Below, one piece after another: positions 8,611-18,496 of a stretch of 64,000 bases of DNA (position 1 is its first letter; the number at the start of each line of letters is the position of its first letter). A model generated the notes under the pieces. It made no database searches. It saw only the letters and a program-made list of their open reading frames with translations, and was not told where the DNA came from. The DNA comes from a virus. The position numbers and the translations under genes were made by a program. The stretch covers positions 1-64,000 of IMG/VR virus record IMGVR_UViG_3300034407_001956. The stretch is one strand, 5' to 3'.

Positions 8611-11106
8611 ATGTATCAAAATATTTATTACGACAATAAAACGCAAACAGTTCATATTTGGGATGATGAAACAGGCTACTACACTTTACCATATAAGAAA
8701 TATGCTTATGTAAAAGACAGAGCTGGTACTCATATATCTCTATATGGAGATAAATTGAAGAAAGTATATAGATTCGATCCAGACACACCTAATTTATTTG
8801 AATCAGATGTACCGCCTGAAACTCGTGTGTTGGTAGACAACTACGCAGATTCAGAAGAACTATCAAATGGTCATCGTATTATGACAATCGATATTGAGGT
8901 AGAGGTTACAGATGGCTTTCCATATCCCGAAGATTCTAAAGATAAAATAACTGCTATCGCAGTTCATAACTCAGAAGAGGATGAGTATTATTGTTTGGTG
9001 TTAGATGAGAAAAAGAAACTCAGTTTGAAATCAAAAGATAATGAAATCATAGAATCCTTTGAAACAGAGTTTGATTTACTACAAAGATTTTTTCTATTAT
9101 ATTTAGATTGGAAACCAACCATTATTACAGGTTGGAACTCTGATTCATTTGATATGCCTTACATTTACAATAGAGCTTGTAAGATTGTTGGTTCTGATAT
9201 AGCTAATTTAATCTCACCAATAAGAGAAGTAAAGTGGAACAAACATCGTAAGAGGTTTATGTTTGCTGGTGTTAGTTGTTTAGATTACTTAGCTCTATAC
9301 AAACTATTCACATACACTCAACTATCCTCTTACAGATTAGATGCTGTAGCTGAACACGAACTTAGTGAAAAGAAAGTTGAGTATACAGGAACACTCAATG
9401 ACTTATATGAGAATAACATAGATAAGTTTGTGGAATATAATATCCATGATGTTAGGCTTGTAAAGAGATTGCACGACAAATTAGATTTAATCGATATGGC
9501 TAGAGGTGTGTGTCACGTAGGTCATGTTCCTTATGAGGATGTATATTTTTCCTCACGTTATTTAGAAGGTGCTATCTTAGTCTATTTAAAGAACTTAGAA
9601 GTCGTAGCACCAAATAAACCAGCAAGACCAAATATGAATAGTGATGAGAAGTTTGCTGGTGCTTATGTCCAACCACCACAAAGAGGTAAACACGATTGGG
9701 TATTTGATTTAGATATTACATCTATGTATCCATCCGTAATTATGTCTCTGAATGTATCACCCGAAACAAAGATGGGTAAATTAAAAGGTTGGGATGCTGA
9801 AGAATTTATGAAAGGTACAAAGAAAACCTATACCCTTATGTCAGGCGAAAAAGAGATGGGTAAACTTTCTGAATTAGAATTAAAAGATTTCTTTGACAAT
9901 AACAAAGTATCAGTATCTTCTAATGGTGTTCTATATCGTAGTGATAAGAAAGGTTTGATTCCAGCCCTATTAGAGAAGTGGTTCGATACTCGTGTGGAGT
10001 ATAGAAAGTTGATGAAGAAGTTCGGTGATGAGGGAAACAATGAAAAGTATACTTACTTTAAAAGTCGTCAGCTAATACAGAAGGTGGTTCTAAACTCTTT
10101 GTATGGTGTATTAGGTTTGCCAGTATTTAGGTTCTATGATTTAGATAATGCTGAGGCTACAACACTTACAGGTCAAGAGTTAATTAAGTTTACTAAAAAG
10201 ATTGGTAATCATTTCTACAATAAAGAATTGGGTACTAATGAAGATTATTGTATTTACATAGATACAGATTCAGTATTCTATTCAGCTCTTCCATTGGTTA
10301 AGAAGAGGTTTCCTACTATGGATTTCGATAGTGAGACTATGATGAGTAAGAGGATATTGGATGTGGCTGATGAGATGCAGGGGTTTCTAAATAAGTCTTA
10401 TGACTACTTCGGTAAGAAGTTCCTAAACTTAGATAAACATAGGTTTGAGATAAAGCAGGAATTGATTGCTAAATCAGGTTTATTCATTGTGAAGAAACGA
10501 TATGGTATGAAGATTATCAATGACAATGGAGTAAAGGTAAACAAACTGCATGTCAAAGGATTGGACTTGGTTCGTAGTAATTTTCCAAAGGCTATGGGTG
10601 AACTACTGAAGAGTGTGTTGGAAGATATTCTGGCTACTGTTCCAAAGGATAAGATAGATGAGAGGATTATAAACTTCAAAGAATCTATGAAACTATTAGA
10701 CTTTGATAGGATAGCGATGCCAACAGGTATAAATAATCTAAAGAAGTACACAAATGGTAAGGCTGGTAAGTTTACAAAGTTTGCTAAGGGTGCGCCTGCT
10801 CACATAAAAGCAGCACTAACCTATAATGATTTATTAAAACACTTCGGAGTTGGTAAGAAGTATGAGAAGATAAGTAACTCTGAAAAGATTAAGTGGGTGT
10901 ATCTCAGACCAAATGATTTAGGATTAGAATCATGCGGTTACAAAGGTTATGAAGACCCACCAGAAATAATTAATTTTATTAAGACAAACATAGATTACAA
11001 AAAGATGTATGCTCAGATGTTAGAGAAGAAGATAATGATGTTTTATGAATCTCTAAAATGGAATGAGCCGGTAAACAAAAAGACATCTATGGAAAGATTT
11101 TTTTGA
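8611..11106 (+). CDS. Family B DNA polymerase (T4 gp43-like)
   Basis: Exo DIEV, GWNSDSFD, YNIHDV; pol DITSMYPS, KVVLNSLYG, YIDTDS, KKRY. Confidence 0.97.
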   Translation: MYQNIYYDNKTQTVHIWDDETGYYTLPYKKYAYVKDRAGTHISLYGDKLKKVYRFDPDTPNLFESDVPPETRVLVDNYADSEELSNGHRIMTIDIEVEVTDGFPYPEDSKDKITAIAVHNSEEDEYYCLVLDEKKKLSLKSKDNEIIESFETEFDLLQRFFLLYLDWKPTIITGWNSDSFDMPYIYNRACKIVGSDIANLISPIREVKWNKHRKRFMFAGVSCLDYLALYKLFTYTQLSSYRLDAVAEHELSEKKVEYTGTLNDLYENNIDKFVEYNIHDVRLVKRLHDKLDLIDMARGVCHVGHVPYEDVYFSSRYLEGAILVYLKNLEVVAPNKPARPNMNSDEKFAGAYVQPPQRGKHDWVFDLDITSMYPSVIMSLNVSPETKMGKLKGWDAEEFMKGTKKTYTLMSGEKEMGKLSELELKDFFDNNKVSVSSNGVLYRSDKKGLIPALLEKWFDTRVEYRKLMKKFGDEGNNEKYTYFKSRQLIQKVVLNSLYGVLGLPVFRFYDLDNAEATTLTGQELIKFTKKIGNHFYNKELGTNEDYCIYIDTDSVFYSALPLVKKRFPTMDFDSETMMSKRILDVADEMQGFLNKSYDYFGKKFLNLDKHRFEIKQELIAKSGLFIVKKRYGMKIINDNGVKVNKLHVKGLDLVRSNFPKAMGELLKSVLEDILATVPKDKIDERIINFKESMKLLDFDRIAMPTGINNLKKYTNGKAGKFTKFAKGAPAHIKAALTYNDLLKHFGVGKKYEKISNSEKIKWVYLRPNDLGLESCGYKGYEDPPEIINFIKTNIDYKKMYAQMLEKKIMMFYESLKWNEPVNKKTSMERFF

Positions 11107-11163
11107 TTTTGGAAATAAAAACAGATATATATTTATATATCATAAACTACATAAGGAGTAAAA

Positions 11164-11880
11164 ATGAACAAACATTCACTAAGCCGCTTTATTGATAAGT
11201 ACTATCTTGGCGGAAATTGTTCATCGGTTGTAATTAATAGTAAAGGGGATAATCTCTCTACTCGGTTTATTACTGGTGATAAGAATCTACTTGGAGAACT
11301 AACAATGACTGGTTGGAAGTTCGATGATGCTGATTTAGGTGTATATAACACAGAGCAGCTTGTTAAGTTACTATCGGTTCTATCAGAAAACATAACAATG
11401 AATCTTACAAAAGCTGGAGATAAAGCAGTATCTCTTAAAATATCAGATAGTAATTCCGATGTTAATTATATGCTTTCAGATTTATCTGTTATTAGTTCAC
11501 CACCTAATCTAAAGTCTATACCTGATTTTGAGGTAAAGATAAAAGTTGATAAGTCTTTTATGCAGAAGTTTATTGCTGGTAAAGGTGCTTTGGCTGATAC
11601 TGATAATTTTACAGTATTGACAAATGACGATGGCGTAAAGATTGTAATTGGTTATGCTGAGATTAGTACAAATCGTGTTACGCTTCCTGTAGAAACAGAA
11701 TCTTTTGATAAGATAGACAATGTTTCTTTTAACGCTAATCTATTCAGAGATGTGTTGGTAGCTAATAAAGAATGTGAAGGTGCGACATTGGAAGTAAGTT
11801 CAGGCGGTTTGGCTAGAATTAATTTCAAAGTTGATGAGTATGATGCCACATATTATTTAGTTGCTGAACAAGATGTGTAA
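11164..11880 (+). CDS. Sliding clamp (gp45/PCNA-like)
   Basis: 238 aa acidic protein between PolB and clamp loader; C-terminal ATYYLVAE typical of clamps; SD AAGGAG. Confidence 0.75.
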   Translation: MNKHSLSRFIDKYYLGGNCSSVVINSKGDNLSTRFITGDKNLLGELTMTGWKFDDADLGVYNTEQLVKLLSVLSENITMNLTKAGDKAVSLKISDSNSDVNYMLSDLSVISSPPNLKSIPDFEVKIKVDKSFMQKFIAGKGALADTDNFTVLTNDDGVKIVIGYAEISTNRVTLPVETESFDKIDNVSFNANLFRDVLVANKECEGATLEVSSGGLARINFKVDEYDATYYLVAEQDV

Positions 11881-12647
11881 TGGAAGAAAAGTATGTAGAT
11901 AAGTCTAGAGTTTCTGTCAGGCCAATCTATAAACCATTGGCTAAGGATATGATAGAAAAAAACCACTATAGTGGTAGGTTGTCATCTTGTCGCTATCCGC
12001 TTGGAATCTTTTATCAAACTGATAATGAACATAAATTCTTTGCGGAACCTGAAGAGAAACTCATAGGAGTTGCTTGTTATGGTTTTCCTGTTGGAAGAAG
12101 GGTCTTAGGTTCTATCTTCTCTGAAGAGATATTAGAGAATAGAAACATATTAGAACTTACGAGACTCTTCATCCACGATGGTTATGGTAAGAATATTGAG
12201 TCTTTGGCATTAGGTCTTACATTCAAATGGATGAAAGATAATGCCAAAGATATAAAGGTTCTAATATCATATGCTGATCCCGAACAATCTCATGATGGTG
12301 CTATTTATCAAGCTACTAATTGGATTTATCAAGGTTGTGGTGCTTTTCAAATGGCACCAACCTTTTCTCTTAGACTTGAAGAAGATGGTGAATGGATGCA
12401 CAGTAGAAGTGTGTATTCAAAATTCGGTTCTTCTGCACCTGAAAAGATGAAGAAGTCAATAGGTCATGATTTTTGGTTAAAGAAGGAAGCCAGCAAACAT
12501 AGATACATTTACTTTTTAGGCAACAAAAAAGAGAATAGGAAATTTCATAGTGTGATGAAACACCCACAAATGAAGTATCCTAAGAACTACAAACACGATA
12601 TTGAAATAACAAAAATAGAGGTTAATAACGAAAAATGGAAAGATTAG
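11880..12647 (+). CDS. Mom-like GNAT-fold DNA modification protein (paralog 1)
   Basis: NHYS, LIGVACYG, LELTRLF, IES, LISYADP..HDGAIYQATNWIYQG, KHRYIYFL. Confidence 0.78.
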   Translation: MEEKYVDKSRVSVRPIYKPLAKDMIEKNHYSGRLSSCRYPLGIFYQTDNEHKFFAEPEEKLIGVACYGFPVGRRVLGSIFSEEILENRNILELTRLFIHDGYGKNIESLALGLTFKWMKDNAKDIKVLISYADPEQSHDGAIYQATNWIYQGCGAFQMAPTFSLRLEEDGEWMHSRSVYSKFGSSAPEKMKKSIGHDFWLKKEASKHRYIYFLGNKKENRKFHSVMKHPQMKYPKNYKHDIEITKIEVNNEKWKD

Positions 12648-13573
12648 ATAATACCCTATGGGTTGAAAAGTATCGCCCAAACGAATTAGATTCTTACATA
12701 GGTAATGATCATCTAAAGAAGAAAATCAAAGTTTATTTGGAGAGTGGAGATTTACCTCATCTACTATTGTATGGTAGAGCTGGAACAGGTAAAACTACAT
12801 TGGCTAAACTATTGGTTAATAATATAGAATGTGACCATATGTACATAAACGCTTCTGATGAAAATAGTGTAGATACAGTCCGTAATAAGGTTCGTGGGTT
12901 CGCTTCCACTATCGGATTCAAAGATATGAAGGTGGTTATATTAGATGAGTGTGATTACATTACACCTAACGCACAAGCTGCTCTTCGTAACCTTATGGAG
13001 ACTTTTTCTAAACACACTAGGTTTATTCTAACCTGTAACTATGTGGAGAGAATTATCGATCCGATACAGAGTCGTTGCCAACCATTTCAGATAGTTCCAC
13101 CATCGAGAAAAGAGGTTGCTATGCACCTACAAGAAATTCTGTCAGAGGAGAATGTTTCTAGAAAAACAGAAGATGTCGCTACATTAGTTAATGGTGGCTA
13201 TCCTGATATTCGTAGAGTCATAAACTTTGCTCAAAGACAGGTGGTTGATGGTGTGTTGTTAATCGACCAAGATAATCTAGCTGCTGTTGATTTAAATGTA
13301 AGTGTATTTTCTACACAGGTAGTTAATGTATTAAAAACTCAAGATAAAAAAGAGGCTTTCGTAACCATAAGAAAGATGTTAGGTGATAATCAAATATCAG
13401 ACTTTGCTGATGTATTTCGTTTATTGTATGATGAGGTAGATGATTATGGTAAAGGGCATGTAGCAGAGTGTATCTTATGTATAGCTAAGTATCAATTATC
13501 AGATGCACAAGTTGTTGATAAAGAAATCAATGTTATGGCTATGATGATAGAAATCTTAGGAATCATTAAATGA
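12635..13573 (+). CDS. Clamp loader AAA+ subunit (gp44/RFC small subunit-like)
   Basis: LWVEKYRP, GRAGTGKTT, INASDE, ILDECD, SRC motif. Confidence 0.95.
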   Translation: MERLDNTLWVEKYRPNELDSYIGNDHLKKKIKVYLESGDLPHLLLYGRAGTGKTTLAKLLVNNIECDHMYINASDENSVDTVRNKVRGFASTIGFKDMKVVILDECDYITPNAQAALRNLMETFSKHTRFILTCNYVERIIDPIQSRCQPFQIVPPSRKEVAMHLQEILSEENVSRKTEDVATLVNGGYPDIRRVINFAQRQVVDGVLLIDQDNLAAVDLNVSVFSTQVVNVLKTQDKKEAFVTIRKMLGDNQISDFADVFRLLYDEVDDYGKGHVAECILCIAKYQLSDAQVVDKEINVMAMMIEILGIIK

Positions 13574-14337
13574 GAGTATTAGTAGTCGGAGATAGTTGCC
13601 AAGATATATTTGTTTATGGTGATATAGATAGAATATGTCCCGAAGGACCTGTTCCAGTGTTCAATAGAGAATGGGAAAAGGGTAATAATGGTATGGCTCT
13701 GAATGTAGTAGCTAATTTAGAATCATTGGGAGCTGAAGTAAAATATGTTACTAATCAAATAGGTATAGTTAAAACCAGATATGTTGATAAACGTTCCAAT
13801 CAGCTTGTTATGAGAGTCGATGATAATGATAGATGTGATAGGATTGAAAAGGATTATCTGTATAAGATACGAAATAATGCTGTAGGTGATTGGAAGTTTG
13901 ACTCTTTAGTAATTGCTGATTATAATAAAGGATTTTTAGATGAGGAAGATATAGCTTACCTTTGCCAAAACAATACTAATGTATTTATAGATACTAAGAA
14001 ACCAATCGATGAGTATATGACAGAGTGTTCTTATATAAAGATAAATGAATTAGAATACAAAGCTATTAAAGAGAATGCTATAACAAATTGGTACGATGAT
14101 AAATTAATAGTTACTCTCGGAGAAGATGGTTGTCAATATGATGGAAATATATACGACACAACTAAAGTTACAGGAGGAGATGTATCGGGTGCCGGCGATA
14201 CTTTTATGGCAGCTTTAGTTGTGAAGTATGGTGAGAGTAACAAAATACAAAGGGCTATAAAGTATGCTTTAAAAGCTGCAACCGAAGTAGTCAAAAAAAG
14301 TGGAGTTTCAATAATTACTAAAGAGGAAATAAAATGA
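13570..14337 (+). CDS. Heptose-7-phosphate kinase-like PfkB enzyme (HldE/RfaE domain I, HldA-like)
   Basis: VLVVGD, RICPEGPVPV, GMALNV..NL, KTRY, DYNKG, DVSGAGDTF. Confidence 0.82.
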   Translation: MRVLVVGDSCQDIFVYGDIDRICPEGPVPVFNREWEKGNNGMALNVVANLESLGAEVKYVTNQIGIVKTRYVDKRSNQLVMRVDDNDRCDRIEKDYLYKIRNNAVGDWKFDSLVIADYNKGFLDEEDIAYLCQNNTNVFIDTKKPIDEYMTECSYIKINELEYKAIKENAITNWYDDKLIVTLGEDGCQYDGNIYDTTKVTGGDVSGAGDTFMAALVVKYGESNKIQRAIKYALKAATEVVKKSGVSIITKEEIK

Positions 14338-14585
14338 GTACAAAACCAATGAAACCAATAAAACAACCAGCTCCAAATACAAATGTGAGTATGTCAGATA
14401 CAGAACCATTTGTATGTGAAGATTGTGGTAATGCTGTATTTATACCAGCAGTATTTTTAAGAAGATTATCACCACTAATGTCACCAACAGGAAAAGAAGC
14501 TATGATTCCAATACAGGTTTATAGTTGTGGTAATTGTGGAAAAGTTCCAAGCACACTAATGAAGGAATTCAATGGCGAAGGTTAA
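14334..14585 (+). CDS. Small zinc-ribbon protein
   Basis: CEDCG...CGNCG. Confidence 0.65.
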   Translation: MSTKPMKPIKQPAPNTNVSMSDTEPFVCEDCGNAVFIPAVFLRRLSPLMSPTGKEAMIPIQVYSCGNCGKVPSTLMKEFNGEG

Positions 14586-15027
14586 AAAGAAAAGTTTATT
14601 TGATCATGTTAATGCTGTAACCAGCCAACAACATCCTAATTATTGGGATGAGATTTCAGATGATGATAAGAAGTCTTGGTCTAATTATATGATAAACAGG
14701 TTTCTATCTATGAAGCCTGATTGGATTGAATTTGTAAATGAAGTACAAAAGTATCCATTACAACCAAAAGAGTTATATAAAGTTTACACAGATATATTAC
14801 CAAAAAAGAAACAATGGTTAAAATATATTAAAGGAGATAAGAAAATGAAGTATCCAAAATGGGTTTATGAAATAGTTTCTAAACACTTACAATGTAGTAT
14901 GAGAGAAGCTAATGATGCCATAGAGATGTATGAAATCTCAGCTGGCGGACAAACAGAATTAGCAGATATTTTAGCTAAGTATGGGGTTGAACAAAAGGAG
15001 ATTCGTAAGCTCGGCTTAATATCGTAG
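14572..15027 (+). CDS. Clamp loader small subunit (gp62-like)
   Basis: YMINRFLS and KKKQWLKY motifs; position near gp44/gp45-like genes. Confidence 0.65.
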   Translation: MAKVKKKSLFDHVNAVTSQQHPNYWDEISDDDKKSWSNYMINRFLSMKPDWIEFVNEVQKYPLQPKELYKVYTDILPKKKQWLKYIKGDKKMKYPKWVYEIVSKHLQCSMREANDAIEMYEISAGGQTELADILAKYGVEQKEIRKLGLIS

Positions 15028-15029
15028 AG

Positions 15030-15671
15030 ATGAGCGTAAAGAACTTCACAGTCGAAGAAGTAACTAGAAAATCAATTGTCAGTTTTATAGAGAAACACCA
15101 CTATTCACATAACGTAAATGGTGTTCAATCATTGTATCACTATGGATTATATACTGAAGGAAACTTTGGTATTCCAAAGATGATTGGGGCTATGATGTAT
15201 GCTCACCCATCAATGCCAGCTACAGCAGCTAAGTACAATCCTATCAATCCTAATAAGTGTTTAGAACTTAGGAGATTGGTTTGTATTGATGATACGCCAA
15301 AGAATACAGAAAGTTATTTTATAGGACAAACATTTAAGTTACTCAAAAGAGATACAGATATGGAAGTCATAGTCTCATTTGCTGACCAACACCACGGACA
15401 CACAGGTGTAATCTACAAAGCTAGTAACTTTGATTATTTAGGAGAGACTAAGCCTGGTAGAATACTAATGGTGGATGGTAAAGAAATGCACAGTAGGTCT
15501 TTGAATCAGTTAGACAGACCTTATGGAAGAGAATTGAATCGTAGATACAAAGCTGGTGATAAAAATATATTTTGGAAGAACACAAAACCAAAGCATATTT
15601 ATACTTACTATCTAAATAAAAAAATCAAAAGACAAATAAAAAAGCTTGACTTATACACCAAAAATGTGTAA
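15030..15671 (+). CDS. Mom-like GNAT-fold DNA modification protein (paralog 2)
   Basis: HHYS, LELRRL, PKNTESYFIG, IVSFAD..HGHTGVIYKASNFDYLG, KHIY. Confidence 0.78.
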   Translation: MSVKNFTVEEVTRKSIVSFIEKHHYSHNVNGVQSLYHYGLYTEGNFGIPKMIGAMMYAHPSMPATAAKYNPINPNKCLELRRLVCIDDTPKNTESYFIGQTFKLLKRDTDMEVIVSFADQHHGHTGVIYKASNFDYLGETKPGRILMVDGKEMHSRSLNQLDRPYGRELNRRYKAGDKNIFWKNTKPKHIYTYYLNKKIKRQIKKLDLYTKNV

Positions 15672-15674
15672 CTT
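15646..15674 (+). promoter_or_regulatory. Sigma70-type promoter
   Basis: TTGACT-N17-TAACTT upstream of ORF 15698. Confidence 0.55.
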
Positions 15675-15697
15675 TAAGTGTAGAAAATGAGGATTAT

Positions 15698-16099
15698 ATG
15701 AAAAATATAAAAGAATCAAATACAAAAAAAGAAGTAAATTCTTACCTAACAGGTGATGGTGCCGATATAGTGGCATTGATGGAGAAAGAATGGCCGGAAA
15801 TGACTAAGGAGTTTCGTAGGTTACAAAAAGAACAATACGAATTATTTCTTAAAAAACAACACGACTATGGTCCTGGTAATATTTCCGTAGGAACACAATT
15901 ACAGACAGAAGAAGAAGTACATCTAGCACTTACTGGTTTATGGTTCAGAATGAACGATAAGATACAGAGGTTAAAAACTTTATTGATGGGTAAGAGAGGT
16001 AATGCGGTAGAAGGAGAACCAATGGAAGATGCTTATTTAGATGTGAGTAACTATGGTATTATGGCTACTATCGTAAAGAATGGTAAGTGGGGTAAATGA
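15698..16099 (+). CDS. DUF1599-like all-alpha nucleotide-modification-associated / NTP pyrophosphatase-like protein
   Basis: KQHDYG..N, RMNDKIQRL, EPMEDAYLDVSNYGI pattern. Confidence 0.65.
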   Translation: MKNIKESNTKKEVNSYLTGDGADIVALMEKEWPEMTKEFRRLQKEQYELFLKKQHDYGPGNISVGTQLQTEEEVHLALTGLWFRMNDKIQRLKTLLMGKRGNAVEGEPMEDAYLDVSNYGIMATIVKNGKWGK

Positions 16100-16233
16100 T
16101 GGGATACAAACCTAAATATAGACTTGAAGTAGAAGAGGGTTCTTATGAATCCGATAATTTATTCTTCTTGTTTTGTCAAATTATACTACATAGATTCTGG
16201 CATTTAGTAAAGCACGGAAAGTGGGCAGATTAA
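16096..16233 (+). CDS. Small hypothetical protein (45 aa, not in ORF track)
   Basis: MMGYKPKYRLEVEEG...GKWAD; ATGA and TAATG overlaps with both neighbours. Confidence 0.55.
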   Translation: MMGYKPKYRLEVEEGSYESDNLFFLFCQIILHRFWHLVKHGKWAD

Positions 16234-17099
16234 TGAAGAAAATAAGTTATAGTCAGTATTCAATGTGGGCTCAATGCCCATTCAGATGGAAAACTGCATA
16301 TGTAGATGGTAAGAGAGAGTTTACAGAATCGATACATACTCTCTTTGGAACATCAATGCATGAGGTAATACAAACATTTCTAACTGTGATGTATGAAGAT
16401 ACAGCAAAAGCAGCTGAGGCTCTGCCATTACCTGAAATGTTAAGAATTAGAATGAAACGTAATTATGAAAATGCTATGTCAAAGAATGGTGGTGTTGAGT
16501 TTTGTAGCCAAAAGGATATGGTGGAGTTTTATGAACACGGACTATTGATATTAGACTTTATCAAAAAGAAGAGGGCTCAGTACTTCAGTAAGAAAGGTTA
16601 TGAACTTATAGGCATAGAAGTTCCACTTGACTATGACTTACCTAATGGTATTAAGTTTATAGGTTATTTGGATGTGGTTATAAGAGATACAGTCAGAGAT
16701 GTAATTAAGATATACGACATTAAGACATCTACTATGGGTTGGAACAAATATCAAAAGGCTGATAAACTAAAGAGTGACCAATTATTATTATACAAACAAT
16801 TCTACTCAAAACAATTCAATCATCCGTTGGATAAGATAGAGGTTGAATATTTTATTGTGAAACGAAAGCTGTATGAGAACTTAGACTTTCCCCAAAAGAG
16901 GGTACAGAAATTTGTGCCTGCTAATGGCAAACCATCAATCAATCAGGTTACAAAAAGATTGAGTGAATTTATGGAAGAATGCTTTAAAACTGATGGAGAA
17001 TACAATACTGAACATACTTATAGTAAAGTGGCATCTAAGAAAAATTGCAGGTATTGTGATTTCAATCAAACAGAATTTTGTGACGCGGGAGTAAAATAA
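16233..17099 (+). CDS. PD-(D/E)XK nuclease, RecB/Cas4-like exonuclease
   Basis: SYSQ..QCP, FGTSMH, GYLDVV..YDIKT, QLLLY, CRYCDF..C. Confidence 0.85.
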   Translation: MKKISYSQYSMWAQCPFRWKTAYVDGKREFTESIHTLFGTSMHEVIQTFLTVMYEDTAKAAEALPLPEMLRIRMKRNYENAMSKNGGVEFCSQKDMVEFYEHGLLILDFIKKKRAQYFSKKGYELIGIEVPLDYDLPNGIKFIGYLDVVIRDTVRDVIKIYDIKTSTMGWNKYQKADKLKSDQLLLYKQFYSKQFNHPLDKIEVEYFIVKRKLYENLDFPQKRVQKFVPANGKPSINQVTKRLSEFMEECFKTDGEYNTEHTYSKVASKKNCRYCDFNQTEFCDAGVK

Positions 17100-17536
17100 T
17101 GAGTATGATGAAAATGAATCTAAGAATGAATCTATTTCATTTTCTTAATAAACCTTTTGAGGAAGAAGTTATAGAGAAATTAGAAAAAGCACATAAGGAT
17201 AATATTAAGTTTTATTTGTGTCTATGGTACAAAGATGGTACTTTAGAGCCAAAAGATTTGAAACAATTTTTACTAAAATATGAATCAAGGTTACATTTTA
17301 AAACTAATATAAATGTAGGAGATACATTAAAGCCTAATGACTTTATTTGGTACGATTTGTCAAATATACCTGATTATAGTGGTGATAGGATTAGATTTCA
17401 ATATACTTATATTGAGAAGGAAAACATTTTAAAGGGATTGGATGAGTTTTATAAGTGTGCTAAATTTTGTTCATCCGATAAGCCAGCTAAAAGACAAAAG
17501 AGGAATGACTATGAAAGTAGCGATAGTAGGAAGTAG
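17099..17536 (+). CDS. Hypothetical protein
   Basis: 145 aa ORF coupled to neighbours. Confidence 0.6.
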   Translation: MSMMKMNLRMNLFHFLNKPFEEEVIEKLEKAHKDNIKFYLCLWYKDGTLEPKDLKQFLLKYESRLHFKTNINVGDTLKPNDFIWYDLSNIPDYSGDRIRFQYTYIEKENILKGLDEFYKCAKFCSSDKPAKRQKRNDYESSDSRK

Positions 17537-17912
17537 ACAATATACAAACAAAAGAAAAATTCAGGAGTTTGTATTTAAACTAAAGCAAAAATATGGTGAA
17601 AAATTAGAAATAGTTAGTGGTGGACAAAAGGAAGGCGCTGATGGGTATGCTAAAAAGTATGCTTTAGAATTTGATGTAAACTATTCAGAGTTTCCACCAG
17701 CACACTACACTCACAATATGCATTGTGTCCTACCCAAATTCAGATATGGTAAAGCCTTTTATAAGAGTAATTATCACAAAAGAAACGCACAAATAGCTGA
17801 ACACTGTGATGTAATGGTAGCTTTCTTACCAAAAAATACTTCATCAAAAGGCACAGAAAGCGCTTTAAATGAAGCCAAAGAAAAACAAAAAAAATATGTA
17901 ATAATAAATTAA
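17505..17912 (+). CDS. SLOG-family (YspA/DprA-like) nucleotide-binding protein
   Basis: KVAIVGSR, IVSGG..EGAD, RN..IAE..D..VAF, SKGT. Confidence 0.78.
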   Translation: MTMKVAIVGSRQYTNKRKIQEFVFKLKQKYGEKLEIVSGGQKEGADGYAKKYALEFDVNYSEFPPAHYTHNMHCVLPKFRYGKAFYKSNYHKRNAQIAEHCDVMVAFLPKNTSSKGTESALNEAKEKQKKYVIIN

Positions 17913-17952
17913 TTTTATATACTTATATATATATATACGGAGGAAATGTTCA

Positions 17953-18141
17953 ATGTTAAAATTAACATCCGTAAAGTTATTAGATAATCTTTATAAGAAA
18001 TTTAAGATAAGTAATTTAGATGATAGCTTTACATTACAAAAGTTAGTTAATCGGTCTATGGATATGTATGTTCATGACAAAGAGTTTAGACAATCGATTA
18101 ATGAATGGAAAAACCTTAAACCAAGTGGGAGTGCATTATGA
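17953..18141 (+). CDS. Small hypothetical protein (possible ribbon-helix-helix)
   Basis: SD GGAGG; LTSVKL beta segment followed by two helices. Confidence 0.55.
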   Translation: MLKLTSVKLLDNLYKKFKISNLDDSFTLQKLVNRSMDMYVHDKEFRQSINEWKNLKPSGSAL

Positions 18142-18245
18142 ATGATAAATTAGAAAAAGCATTAAATCAAATAGTTAATCTTTTGACATCAATGAATAAT
18201 AAATTGCAAGATATAGAAACTGCAATTAAAAAACAAAAAAAGTAA
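18138..18245 (+). CDS. Small coiled-coil hypothetical (35 aa, not in track)
   Basis: MNDKLEKALNQIVNLL...KKQKK; ATGA overlap. Confidence 0.45.
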   Translation: MNDKLEKALNQIVNLLTSMNNKLQDIETAIKKQKK

Positions 18246-18247
18246 TT

Positions 18248-18487
18248 ATGAATAAATGGTTACGAGCAGAATTAGATTATTGGCAATCTCAAAAATCTCA
18301 ATCTTTAGCTACATTGGAATTGTATTTTAATAGTTCGGTAGGCATCGGAGAACACTCTGATATATCGAAAGAAATACACGAATGGACAGGCAAATTGTCT
18401 GAGTCTATAGAGAATTTGGAAAACCTTAAATCATTTTTTGGAAAAGATGGGAAAGTAAAAACAGAAAAAACGTTATTAAAAGACTAA
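18248..18487 (+). CDS. Phage hypothetical protein (VGIGEH motif)
   Basis: 79 aa helical protein with VGIGEHSDI. Confidence 0.6.
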   Translation: MNKWLRAELDYWQSQKSQSLATLELYFNSSVGIGEHSDISKEIHEWTGKLSESIENLENLKSFFGKDGKVKTEKTLLKD

Positions 18488-18496
18488 GAGGGTTAT

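Noticed and set aside
8611-13573. Archaeal or eukaryotic giant-virus origin (PolB, RFC-like and PCNA-like genes)
   Set aside because: SD sites, sigma70 promoters, a TonB receptor, RecA and a DnaB-type helicase indicate a phage of Gram-negative bacteria.
16233-17099. CRISPR-associated cas4
   Set aside because: No cas1/cas2 or repeat-spacer array seen in the window; standalone Cas4/RecB-like nucleases are common in phage replication modules.
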